Notes: generated from the letters alone by a model not told the origin. A stretch of 64,000 nt of DNA from Dehalococcoidia bacterium (GCA_011191975.1 DUFA01000115.1:3765-67764), one strand, 5' to 3'; numbered from the stretch's first letter, positions 47,619 through 56,381 are shown. Translations and numbers: made by a program.

Positions 47619-48491
47619 TTGTCTATCGCGAACAGTCCGAAACTCGTTCTCGAAATGACTTTAGAGACTTTATCTCACACTCTTGAGGTTGAATCTAGCT
47701 GGATACAAATGATATCGGCTGAGAACTCGGACCTTGAATTAGCAGCCTATCATGGGTTTTACTTTAAAGAACGACTTGAGAACGTCATCTTTGATGTGAG
47801 TGATGTCTATCAAAGAGAGATTATCGGACTGGGAAACAGCCTGGTTATTCCGAATTTACAGCGTAATAATCAGTATAATTTCTCAACTCTTGGTAGTATG
47901 GGATACCATTGGCTGGTTGCGGTCCCGATGCGTAATCACCGTTTAGCCGGCGTTATGAGTATTACTTCCCGGCAAAAAAGGAAGATCGATAGTAATTTCG
48001 CCGACTTTATAGCGGTTGTCGCTGGAATTACCACAATGGTCCATGAAAAATTTTCAGAAAAGCTTAGAGAGACTGACGAACCCGAAGCACCGGCACAATA
48101 TACTAGAGATGATCGGTTAGTGGAAATTGATACTGATGACTTATTCAGTCAAAATTCAGAGTTTGACAGACACGCTGTAAAATCATCACCACGTGAGGCT
48201 GATTTACTTGATGCGATATATTCAGGAACAGAAGTTGACCAGATAGCAGCAAGATTCAATTCAGATGTTGAAACCGTACGAAATGATATAGAGTCGATAA
48301 GAAACAAGCTGATAGAAAGCTACCGGACCAGACGATATACTGAAACCATCCAGCAGGATGACATTCCCGGCAAGCTATTGGGTGAGAAATCTCCCTCTTC
48401 CGAATACGTCACGCGAGAAGAATTTAACGAGTTTAAAGAATCACTGAAAACATTTTTAACTAGTACCATTGATTTACTTGATGATCTGTAG
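47619..48491 (+). CDS. GAF domain plus LuxR-type HTH regulator (5' end uncertain)
   Basis: GAF-like N-terminal half and C-terminal SPREADLLDAIYSGTEVDQIAARFNSDVETVRNDIESIRNKL. The frame stays open back to 47508 without a canonical start. Confidence 0.6.
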   Translation: MSIANSPKLVLEMTLETLSHTLEVESSWIQMISAENSDLELAAYHGFYFKERLENVIFDVSDVYQREIIGLGNSLVIPNLQRNNQYNFSTLGSMGYHWLVAVPMRNHRLAGVMSITSRQKRKIDSNFADFIAVVAGITTMVHEKFSEKLRETDEPEAPAQYTRDDRLVEIDTDDLFSQNSEFDRHAVKSSPREADLLDAIYSGTEVDQIAARFNSDVETVRNDIESIRNKLIESYRTRRYTETIQQDDIPGKLLGEKSPSSEYVTREEFNEFKESLKTFLTSTIDLLDDL

Positions 48492-48691
48492 TCTGTATAT
48501 TGATTCGTTCCTACCTCCAAAATTACTCAGGTAATCCCCATGGAACTTGCGACATAATAATACTCTTTCAAATGTTTGTTTTTAAGGTCGTTCTGTCCCC
48601 CTCATAATGTGCGACTAAAAAAGTTTCTAACAATGTTGACAGTTTTAGTAAACTAATACCATACTGTGATTTACTTCCTTGACAGGGCTTG

Positions 48692-48721
48692 CTTATTGGT
48701 TTATAAAATTCATACTCGAAT
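48692..48721 (+). repeat. Left copy of a 30-nt direct repeat flanking the HNH gene
   Basis: CTTATTGGTTTATAAAATTCATACTCGAAT matches 49260..49289 at 27 of 30 positions. Confidence 0.8.
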
Positions 48722-49246
48722 ATGCGTTGGGAGGTTATTATGGATATTTGGGGTGACGATAGAGTTTCAAAGGGAACACTAAGTACGAGGGATAAACAGA
48801 AACTATATTTAAATGCAAAAAAACGATGTGAAAATTGTGGGAAAAAGTTAGATTATATCGAGATGGAAATTGGGCACAAGAATAAAGTTTATTCTTTAGG
48901 AGAACGAACGACTTTAGCTAATAGCTTGTGTCTTTGTCATGCATGTAATAAAAGACAGGGTACGGATAGTTGGGCAACATTTCAGAAAAAACAAGGAAAG
49001 CAAGATTCTAAAACAACTATGAAAAAATCACTTCAGGCACTGAACATCACGCAGTTAAAAACTTTAGCTCAGAAACATAAGGTAACTGTCGAAGGTTCTT
49101 TAGTCGATGATTTTTTTCAGACTAAACGAAAAGCTCCGACAAAGAGTCAATATATCAACAAACTAGCATCCGTTGTAACAGAGAAAGAGCTTTCAGCCAT
49201 ATCCAATGTAAAGCCAAAGCCGGTAGTAAAGAAGAAAAGTGGATGA
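48722..49246 (+). CDS. HNH endonuclease with a C-terminal SAP/HeH-like helix
   Basis: CENCGKK...EIGHK...NSLCLCHACNKRQG HNH motif, then LNITQLKTLAQKHKV. Visibly AT-rich. The real start may be the ATG at 48740. Confidence 0.75.
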   Translation: MRWEVIMDIWGDDRVSKGTLSTRDKQKLYLNAKKRCENCGKKLDYIEMEIGHKNKVYSLGERTTLANSLCLCHACNKRQGTDSWATFQKKQGKQDSKTTMKKSLQALNITQLKTLAQKHKVTVEGSLVDDFFQTKRKAPTKSQYINKLASVVTEKELSAISNVKPKPVVKKKSG

Positions 49247-49259
49247 TTTTCTATTTGAA

Positions 49260-49289
49260 CTTGTTGGTTTATAACATTCATACTTGAAT
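49260..49289 (+). repeat. Right copy of the 30-nt direct repeat
   Basis: CTTGTTGGTTTATAACATTCATACTTGAAT. Confidence 0.8.
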
Positions 49290-49626
49290 GAAAGGAAGTG
49301 TAAACTGATAAGAGAATGGTCGAAAGACAAGAAACTCTTAAACGATTTCTCGTCGCCAGCAGTACCAACCGATAACACCATGTCAAAAAGCTGAGGGAAT
49401 ACTTCAGGATTATAGATCCAGATAGCGTTTTTCTTGCCTTTCGGATACATTCTCGACCACATATCTCGGATATTTCCAGCCATATTACACCCGGACTACA
49501 GGAAGCCGCCGCGTTAAAGTTTGACGCTGCTTTTAATCTCAGCGATAATGATATTGAAAAATTTAGTAGCAATTTAGTAGCAAGTGGCAAAAATAAAAGT
49601 CGTATGGTAACATAATTTAGCTTTAC

Positions 49627-49702
49627 GCGCTCATAGCTCAGCGGATAGAGCACTGGTCTTCGGAACCAGGTGTCGGGGGTTCGAATCCCTCTGGGCGCGC
49701 CA
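49627..49702 (+). tRNA. tRNA-Arg (anticodon TCG) with encoded CCA
   Basis: Hand-folded. Acceptor GCGCTCA/TGGGCGC (one G-U); D arm GCTC..GAGC; anticodon stem CTGGT/ACCAG with loop CTTCGGA; T arm GGGGG-TTCGAAT-CCCTC. Confidence 0.9.
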
Positions 49703-49736
49703 CTATCTCTTCTTCTCTCTCGGAATTCAATAATAA

Positions 49737-50322
49737 ATGTCAGAAGTAATAAAACGTGAACTGGCCTGTATCATTGTACGGGTTCAGACCTTTCATATAC
49801 CAGCTTACAGTAAAACACAACCTTTCCGGGCGTGTATCGAATATTTCTGAAGATGTTAGAATCGAGATTGAAGGGGATCCCGGTTCCATAGAGACATTTC
49901 TTGCCGATATCCCGATCCTGACTCCTCCCAGATCTGTTATTGAGAAAATATCTTTTTCAAACCATTCTACTGAAGGGTATAAGAATTTTGTTATACACAA
50001 AAGCATTACCGAGGAAGGTAAATATCAGCTAATCTCACCGGATATTGCTACATGACCGGATTTCCTGGAAGAAATATTCGATCCTACCAACAGGCGCTAC
50101 CACTACCCATTCACGAATTGTGCCAACTGTGGTACTAGGTTCACTATTATCGAGGATATTCCTTATGACCGTCCGATTACGACCATGAAGAATTTCACGA
50201 TATGCCCCGAATGCCTGAAGGAATACGAAGATCCATTGAACCGGCGTTTTCATGCCAGTCGAACTCCTGCCGCGTATCTGCTAAAACAAATACGAGTGTT
50301 CAACTTGATGATATTGTCATAG
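49737..50322 (+). pseudogene. hypF: Decayed 5' remnant of the hydrogenase maturation carbamoyltransferase gene hypF
   Basis: Acylphosphatase-like ..GFRPFIYQLTVKHNLSGRVSN..VRIEIEG and zinc-finger region [74 protein letters not shown]. Lesions are a frameshift near the 5' end, an in-frame TGA at 50053, and truncation after about 190 codons. Confidence 0.75.
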
Positions 50323-50442
50323 AGTTCTATTTTTGAAATTCCATTTCTATGCTGAATATATCAGGAGTTTATTCGTTCCTGCTGTTGCTATTATATGGTT
50401 GCCCTGTCTATAATCAACTATCAGAATCCGGGAGGAGTGACG

Positions 50443-51222
50443 ATGAAAGTCCCTCAGCTTGATTATTCGATATTCGAAAAGTTTAATTTCGAACGCAAGC
50501 CGGTAGGTATCAGTTACCTTCTCAAAGAACCTGACGATATTCCTCAGATGGAAGGAAAACTCGCTCTCTGCGAATTGTTTACCAGGGCACAAACCAGCCA
50601 GCCATTCTATGTATCCAGAGAAAATGTCCAGTGTGGAGAACAGGTTATAGGAATGGCAGGTTTTCCTCCGGTGATGCACAGCGGCCAGCTTGGACCTCAT
50701 TTCGGGATGTTTAAGACAACAGCAGCGAACCGTCGAGTCTATGAATATATGCCGCTTCTCGGGAAAGATACTGTTAAGTGTATATTGTATGCACCCGTTG
50801 ATAATCTTCCGGCAGATCCAGATATTATGGTAATCACGGCTGATACAACCCAGGCCGAAATTATTCTCAGGGCCAGTACCTACTCTACGGGGAAAATGTG
50901 GTCAAGTAAAGGAACGACCTGTCTTTCCTGTGCTTGGATGTACGCATACCCGTATCTTACGGGTGAATTGAACTACACCGTATCAGGTCTAGGTTTCAGC
51001 ATGAAAGCAAGGCAGGTACTTCCAGAAGGCCTTTTCCTGATAACGATACCATTCGACATTATGCCTATGATAATAAATAATCTCAATGACATGGAATGGA
51101 ACCCGAAATGGTTTACCCTTGGCAGGGATAAATTCGTTGAATCCGTGATAAATCTGGACAAAGAAATGCTGGAAACGTTTGGAGCTGAATATTGTAAAAA
51201 TCCCGAAGATATGAATATGTAA
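50443..51222 (+). CDS. DUF169 family protein
   Basis: MKVPQLDYSIFEKFNFERKPVGISYL... The ATG at 50443 follows GGGAGGAG. Confidence 0.6.
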   Translation: MKVPQLDYSIFEKFNFERKPVGISYLLKEPDDIPQMEGKLALCELFTRAQTSQPFYVSRENVQCGEQVIGMAGFPPVMHSGQLGPHFGMFKTTAANRRVYEYMPLLGKDTVKCILYAPVDNLPADPDIMVITADTTQAEIILRASTYSTGKMWSSKGTTCLSCAWMYAYPYLTGELNYTVSGLGFSMKARQVLPEGLFLITIPFDIMPMIINNLNDMEWNPKWFTLGRDKFVESVINLDKEMLETFGAEYCKNPEDMNM

Positions 51223-51243
51223 CGGAGGTGTGGAAACAGGAAT

Positions 51244-51504
51244 ATGATAGTTAAGATAGAATGCCCCAGTTGTCAGACTGAGGGGAGTATGTCACTGGCT
51301 GACATTAAATATGTTGGTCCGTATAAATGCTGGAAATGCAAAGATCTTTTTACTATTGAAATTCAAAATGACCGGCTGATTTCCTGCGAACCGTTAAGCC
51401 AGGAGGAATTCGAAAGGTTGCAGGAAGAGTTGAAAACAGAGCAGGAAGAACAAAAACGCCGGCAAGAATTGGAAGATTTCAAGAACAAGTTCCGAAGGAA
51501 TTAA
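51244..51504 (+). CDS. Hypothetical zinc-ribbon plus coiled-coil protein
   Basis: CPSC...CWKC ribbon followed by an E/Q/K-rich helix; 86 aa. Confidence 0.45.
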   Translation: MIVKIECPSCQTEGSMSLADIKYVGPYKCWKCKDLFTIEIQNDRLISCEPLSQEEFERLQEELKTEQEEQKRRQELEDFKNKFRRN

Positions 51505-51514
51505 CGATCAAGGA

Positions 51515-51547
51515 GGGATGCCTGCCAGGCATCCCCCTTTTGTTTTT
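51515..51547 (+). terminator. Intrinsic terminator
   Basis: GGGATGCC-TGCCA-GGCATCCC followed by CCTTTTGTTTTT. Confidence 0.7.
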
Positions 51548-51551
51548 CGAT

Positions 51552-52334
51552 TTATTGTCTTGGCGGGCCCTGTATCGCAGGAACGCCGTATATCAGATTC
51601 TGGCCGCTGATGTGATCTGAAGCACTCGAGACAAAAAGTAGTACACCTTCAGCCAGGTCTTCCGGTTCAGCGAACATACTGATTGACCTTTCCTGTTGTT
51701 CCGGTGTCTGGCCGCCCAACATGAACTGTCTTATGCGTTCGCTGTTCGTTCCACTTGGTGTTATAGTATTAGCCCGGATACCGTATGGTGCCATTTCTAT
51801 TGCAATATTCCGCATCATGGCTATAATTCCTGCTTTAGCAGCTGCGTAATCGGTACCGCCGGGCATCCCGTTTATCGCGGCTATGGAGGCGAAACTGACA
51901 ATCTTGCCATAATTCCTCTCTATCATGTATGGAAGTACTGCATGGGTGCAGTTGCGCGCTCCGTTAAGATTGATGTCTATCATGTGATCCCACATCTTCT
52001 TGTCCTGCTCCAGGAAAGGCTGGAGGGCCGGGCGAATCCCGTAGCCCATCGAACCTCCAGCGATATTACACAGAATGTCAATTTTCCCGTATATTTCGAC
52101 AGTGGTCTTTGCCATTCTGATGCAATCTTCTTCCTTGGTCATGTCCATTTGAATGGTGGACACTTCACCTCCGGCAGCCCTGATTTCTTCCGCAGCAGAA
52201 TCAGCACTTTCGATTACCCAATCGGCAAGCATTAATTTTGCACCCTCGCTTGCCAGCAGTTTTGCCGAAGCCCTGCCTATTCCACTACCTCCACCGACTA
52301 TTATGGCCACACGATCTTCGAGTTTCATCTTCAT
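51552..52334 (-). CDS. SDR family oxidoreductase
   Basis: VGGGSGIG and YAAAK motifs; 260 aa. Confidence 0.85.
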   Translation of the reverse strand: MKMKLEDRVAIIVGGGSGIGRASAKLLASEGAKLMLADWVIESADSAAEEIRAAGGEVSTIQMDMTKEEDCIRMAKTTVEIYGKIDILCNIAGGSMGYGIRPALQPFLEQDKKMWDHMIDINLNGARNCTHAVLPYMIERNYGKIVSFASIAAINGMPGGTDYAAAKAGIIAMMRNIAIEMAPYGIRANTITPSGTNSERIRQFMLGGQTPEQQERSISMFAEPEDLAEGVLLFVSSASDHISGQNLIYGVPAIQGPPRQ

Positions 52335-52444
52335 CCTCCAGTATTCGTATTTCTTCTTAGTTTACTATTATACATGGATAATATATTGCCATCATCGGTA
52401 TTTCCGATAGATGGCAATATGATAATTTCTTTTCAAACTTAGCC

Positions 52445-53110
52445 TTAGAAAGACATTACTGGTACTTCATCCGGAATAATCAGCTTGGGTTCCGTTAGTT
52501 CCTGTACCATTTCCGGAGTCCATCCCGGGGCTACTTCGTCGAGTCTCATTCCTTCAGGAGTAATCGAGACCACAGCAATATCCGTGACCACTTTATAAAC
52601 ACAATGTGGAGCCGTTAGTTGATAAGTACATTTCTTGACTAGTTTGGGTTCGTTTTCTTTAGTGACATGAGTCATTACCACGAGTAGTTTGGCAGCACCG
52701 AATGCTAGGTCCATTGCACCTCCAACACTTCCAGGTTCTCTCCCGGGAATAACCCAGTTTGCCAGGTCTCCTTTTTCCGATACTTGCAGACCGCCAAGGA
52801 CACACAGGTCGATATGTCTTCCCCGAATCATTGAAAACGATTCGGCATGTTCAAAGAAACACATACCGGGCAAGGGAGTCACCATCTGTCCGGAAGCATT
52901 TACCAGGTGGAAGTCCTGCTCCTCTTCGGTAATCGCAGCGCGACCAAATCCTAGGCAGCCGTTTTCAGCATGGAATATTACTTCCTTGCCCTCGGGAATA
53001 AAATTGGCTGCCTGAGTCGGAATACCGAAACCCAGGTTGATTATCATTCCGTCTTCAAACTCTTTGGCTACTCTCAGAGCCATCGTCTGTTCGTCAAGTT
53101 TTTCCGGCAT
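52445..53110 (-). CDS. 3-oxoacid CoA-transferase subunit B
   Basis: 221 aa; the ...FHAENG... region is typical of B subunits. It abuts subunit A with no gap. Confidence 0.85.
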   Translation of the reverse strand: MPEKLDEQTMALRVAKEFEDGMIINLGFGIPTQAANFIPEGKEVIFHAENGCLGFGRAAITEEEQDFHLVNASGQMVTPLPGMCFFEHAESFSMIRGRHIDLCVLGGLQVSEKGDLANWVIPGREPGSVGGAMDLAFGAAKLLVVMTHVTKENEPKLVKKCTYQLTAPHCVYKVVTDIAVVSITPEGMRLDEVAPGWTPEMVQELTEPKLIIPDEVPVMSF

Positions 53111-53860
53111 CTATATTCCCTCCTCAGGATTTTTCCTGACCACAACGCGGTCAACGTAAATTCCGGGTGTAGCAGTTGCTTCAGGTTCTATTTCCCCGAC
53201 TTCGACCAGGTAATCGACTTCGGCGATCGTCACGGTAGATGCACCTGCCATTGTCGCGTTGAAGTTTCGAGACGTACCCTGGTAAACCAGGTTACCCCGC
53301 CTGTCGGCTTTATAAGCGCGGACAAATGAGAAGTCACCTTTCAAAGCATATTCGAGACATGCAGGAACACCGTTGAATTCCCTTATTTCCTTACCTTCGC
53401 CAAGTAGCGTGCCCGGACCGGTAGGGGTAAAGAATGCTGGAATACCTGCCCTTGCGGCTCTGATTCGTTCTGCCATCGTCCCCTGCGGACACATTTCAAC
53501 GGTGAGTTCACCGGCTAGTCGTTGCTCGTGGAGTGGAGAAGACATACCGGGCATAGGATTGCCGGGAAAAGCAGTGATTACTTTCGATACCTGATGATTC
53601 TGTATTAAAAGTCCCCCGTTGTCAATATTCGGCGGACTCTTACGCGGCGGCATATTAGCAAATCGCGGTGATGGTGGTTGCCTGCCTGCCCCCGGGGTAT
53701 TCATGACAATAGTCAATCCTTTAGTACCCTTTGCGTAAAGGGCGCGTATCAGGTTGCTTGGAGTACCGTTAGCCGGACCGAATCCGCCGATAAGTATGAT
53801 AGCTCCTTCAAAGACATCAGCTACCGCTTCATCGTAACTCTCGACAACTTTATTTATCAC
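53111..53860 (-). CDS. 3-oxoacid CoA-transferase subunit A
   Basis: 249 aa; N-terminal ...AIILIGGFGPANGTPSNLIRAL.... Confidence 0.85.
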   Translation of the reverse strand: MINKVVESYDEAVADVFEGAIILIGGFGPANGTPSNLIRALYAKGTKGLTIVMNTPGAGRQPPSPRFANMPPRKSPPNIDNGGLLIQNHQVSKVITAFPGNPMPGMSSPLHEQRLAGELTVEMCPQGTMAERIRAARAGIPAFFTPTGPGTLLGEGKEIREFNGVPACLEYALKGDFSFVRAYKADRRGNLVYQGTSRNFNATMAGASTVTIAEVDYLVEVGEIEPEATATPGIYVDRVVVRKNPEEGI

Positions 53861-54021
53861 ATTACCTCCTTATACATTCAATGATGGGTAATTTCCGCTA
53901 ATATAATTGCATTTTCATTCACCAAAGTCAAATTTGCTAATCGGTCCTTTTACTGATTATAATTCCTGAAATTGTCGTCAATCGGCGGTCGTAAATGTAT
54001 TAATTTCAGGAAGGAAAGAAA

Positions 54022-54462
54022 ATGGAAAACAGAACAGAAAACTGGTTATTAACGCAAGTAGGAGTAGTTGTCAAGGATGTAGAAAAAGTGGTGGAACGCC
54101 TGGGTGAACTTGGTATTGGCCCGTTTGAAAAAAGGCCATTACCACCGGAACGGGAAGAATACTTCAGAGAAAAAAGGATGTACGCGGAATTCGACATTCG
54201 CATGACGAGAATGGGCAACGTACAGCTGGAGTTAATCCAGCCACTTGAAGGCGATTCTCCGCATAAGGAATTCCTTGAGATGAAAGGTGAAGGGATTCAG
54301 CATGTGATGTACCAGGTGGATAACCTTGAAGAGACAGTAAAGGAACTCACTGGCAAAGGCGTGGAAGTATTGCTGAGAGCGAAATTCCCCAGAGGTGGAG
54401 GAGTTGCCTACGTCGATCTCGGCGTATCCAACATAGTCATCGAGTTATCACAAAAGCGGTAA
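54022..54462 (+). CDS. VOC/glyoxalase family protein (methylmalonyl-CoA epimerase-like)
   Basis: 146 aa; VQLELIQPLEGDSPHKEFLEMKGEGIQHVMYQV pattern. Confidence 0.7.
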   Translation: MENRTENWLLTQVGVVVKDVEKVVERLGELGIGPFEKRPLPPEREEYFREKRMYAEFDIRMTRMGNVQLELIQPLEGDSPHKEFLEMKGEGIQHVMYQVDNLEETVKELTGKGVEVLLRAKFPRGGGVAYVDLGVSNIVIELSQKR

Positions 54463-54558
54463 TAGTAATCCAAGATCAACGAGATATAAGTCGCTTACGA
54501 GCAGGTACACTCCGATATACGATATAGGAAGAGTCGACTGGTGGATGGGAGGTATCGG

Positions 54559-55233
54559 ATGAAAAGGTGGCTTATCGCGGAGTTTTTACTCGTAAGCGTT
54601 ATAGCTTTGTTAATAATACCTGTCGGTTGTACCGGTAATAAAGATGGCACGACAAAAAACTTGGAATCAGTTGAGATTAGAGACTACCAGGGTGAGAAGT
54701 TATCGTCAGTCAATGATTTCAGGGAAAATTCTATCGGCGGTCCTCAGTATATAGACATAGATGAATATACACTGGACATCGACGGATTAGTCGAAACTCC
54801 TCTGACTTACACCTACAATGAAGTGATCAATACCTACCAGCCTTACAGAAAGGTTGTCACGCTCGATTGCGTGGAAGGCTGGAGTGCTACTGTTCTTTGG
54901 GAAGGCTTCCTGCTCAGAGATTTGATTAACAATGCCAATCCAACTCCAGATGTAAAAACGGTTATTTTATTCGCCTATGACGGATACTCAACTTCATTTC
55001 CTATTGAATACATTATGGATAATGATATTATCGTCGCCTACAAAATGAATGATATTGATTTACCTCCTGAAAGAGGTTATCCCTTTCAGCTTGTTGCGGA
55101 GAGTAAGTGGGGTTACAAGTGGATAAAGTGGGTAACCGATATCGAATTGTCTGACCGTACCGATTATGAAGGTTACTGGGAAAGCCGGGGTTATTCTAAC
55201 GATGGCGATCTGGATAAGTCCTTCTTCGACTAG
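54559..55233 (+). CDS. Molybdopterin-binding oxidoreductase domain lipoprotein
   Basis: Signal/lipobox IPVGC, the LDCVEGWSATVLWEGFLLRDL motif and YPFQLVAESKWGYKWIKW. The ATG at 54559 follows GGGAGG. Confidence 0.65.
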   Translation: MKRWLIAEFLLVSVIALLIIPVGCTGNKDGTTKNLESVEIRDYQGEKLSSVNDFRENSIGGPQYIDIDEYTLDIDGLVETPLTYTYNEVINTYQPYRKVVTLDCVEGWSATVLWEGFLLRDLINNANPTPDVKTVILFAYDGYSTSFPIEYIMDNDIIVAYKMNDIDLPPERGYPFQLVAESKWGYKWIKWVTDIELSDRTDYEGYWESRGYSNDGDLDKSFFD

Positions 55234-55239
55234 GGTTGT

Positions 55240-55488
55240 ATGAACCGACGATTGTTTAAGAAAATAATACACTGGTCATTGTTTATTGCTGCGATAATCC
55301 TGCTGGTATCCGGATTCGGTATCGTGTATTTCCGAGTAGTTGAGACAATTACTTTTGGAATATTAACTAAGCCTGTTGCTTTTCAAGTCCATATTACAAC
55401 CTGGATCCCATTTCTACTTCTGCTTGGACTTCATGTTATATTGACATCCAAGAAAAAGTGGTTCAATTTCCACAGAAAGAGCGGATAG
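55240..55488 (+). CDS. Small two- to three-TM membrane protein, probable partner of the upstream oxidoreductase
   Basis: 82-aa hydrophobic ORF, 6 nt downstream, containing conserved-looking His residues. Confidence 0.4.
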   Translation: MNRRLFKKIIHWSLFIAAIILLVSGFGIVYFRVVETITFGILTKPVAFQVHITTWIPFLLLLGLHVILTSKKKWFNFHRKSG

Positions 55489-55507
55489 ATAGAATTACAT
55501 TCGGTAT

Positions 55508-56062
55508 TTATGAAGTTATATCTTGAGTACTCTTGTCCTTGCTGAACAGCTTTTCAGCCGGACATCCCAGTTCTCTCTGCCTGCAGTATTTACAGGCAAG
55601 AACACCCCGGACATAGCTATTACCTGTTGACGTGAGTAGAATCAACAAAACCAGCATCACCGGCAGTATCCAGTGGAAATCGACTATCATCAGTACGATA
55701 GCTGTAATCATGGGTATAAGAGCAACCAGCAGGTCAGGTACCACCGACCTCCAGGACACAGGTCGTTTAGCAAATTCCTCGGGATTTCCCTTCTTCGCCA
55801 CCACACAGGCGATTTTCCCTTTTCCGAAAGCGCACAATTTGCCGTAATAGAAACAGTCTTTACAGCTTCTCCTGTAAAGGAGTATTTCCAGTACGATTAT
55901 TAAGGCAAGATAGATAGCTAAGCTGGCTACACCGACCCAGAACATTATGTATGCTCCGATACCATATATAGCCAGAGATACAAAATTTGCGATGATTATT
56001 GTAGAGACAGGATATTTATCCAGATATACTTCGACTGTCTTTTTCGAGTCTTTATCTTGCAT
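55508..56062 (-). CDS. Hypothetical Cys-motif membrane protein
   Basis: 184 aa, four TM segments, with CKDCFYYGKLC and CKYCRQRELGC motifs. Confidence 0.5.
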   Translation of the reverse strand: MQDKDSKKTVEVYLDKYPVSTIIIANFVSLAIYGIGAYIMFWVGVASLAIYLALIIVLEILLYRRSCKDCFYYGKLCAFGKGKIACVVAKKGNPEEFAKRPVSWRSVVPDLLVALIPMITAIVLMIVDFHWILPVMLVLLILLTSTGNSYVRGVLACKYCRQRELGCPAEKLFSKDKSTQDITS

Positions 56063-56218
56063 TGTAGCAACGGTATAGTTACTTCGTATTTTTTAATCTT
56101 GAGAGAAATAATATAACACTATACCAAAAATAATAAATTCTTTCTATAAAATATTGTGCAGATACTGAAACTATTGTATACTTGATTATAGTCATCTGTA
56201 CTTGATTAAACTAAACAT

Positions 56219-56381
56219 GGTAACAGGGGTGCCCGAGCGCGAGTGAGGGTCTAATTGGAAAGCAAACCGGTGAAAATCCGGAACGGCCGCGCCGCTGTAA
56301 TTCCGCTTGTAGTGGATAAGTCAGAACGCCAGCCCCTGAATGACCTACATTTCTCCGCAGGGAGAGGTAGGGATTTTTGTT
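56219..56381 (+). promoter_or_regulatory. Cobalamin riboswitch with terminator expression platform
   Basis: AATTGGAAAGCAAACCGGTGAAAATCCGGAACGGCCGCGCCGCTGTAA core and the B12-box-like AAGTCAGAACGCCAGCCCC. A terminator (56344..56381) reads CCTAC..TCTCC-GCAG-GGAGA.GTAGG followed by GATTTTTGTT. Confidence 0.85.

Noticed and set aside
49560-49581. Tandem 11-mer AATTTAGTAGC x2 upstream of tRNA-Arg.
   Set aside because: There are only two copies totalling 22 nt, with no spacer-repeat organisation. It is too short to call a repeat element or CRISPR.
49147-49653. Minus-strand ORFs of 168 aa and 96 aa (49193..49483) lie in the HNH to tRNA-Arg spacer.
   Set aside because: The 168-aa ORF runs antisense through tRNA-Arg and into the HNH gene. 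The 96-aa ORF (MAGNIRDMWSRMYPKGKKNAIWIYNPEVFPQLFD...) has no motif I recognise and degenerates into low-complexity sequence. It may be a gene fragment, but I cannot support a call.
50053-50055. In-frame TGA at the first Cys of the HypF CxxC finger could encode selenocysteine.
   Set aside because: The second Cys of the same finger is Phe, the 5' end is frameshifted, and the gene stops after about 190 codons with the catalytic domains missing. I see no obvious SECIS-like hairpin immediately downstream. Decay is the simpler explanation.
47392-50322. The tRNA-flanked region could be an integrative element or prophage remnant.
   Set aside because: I found no integrase, recombinase, excisionase or phage structural genes, and no duplicated tRNA 3' end by eye. 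I report it only as an accessory islet or scar.
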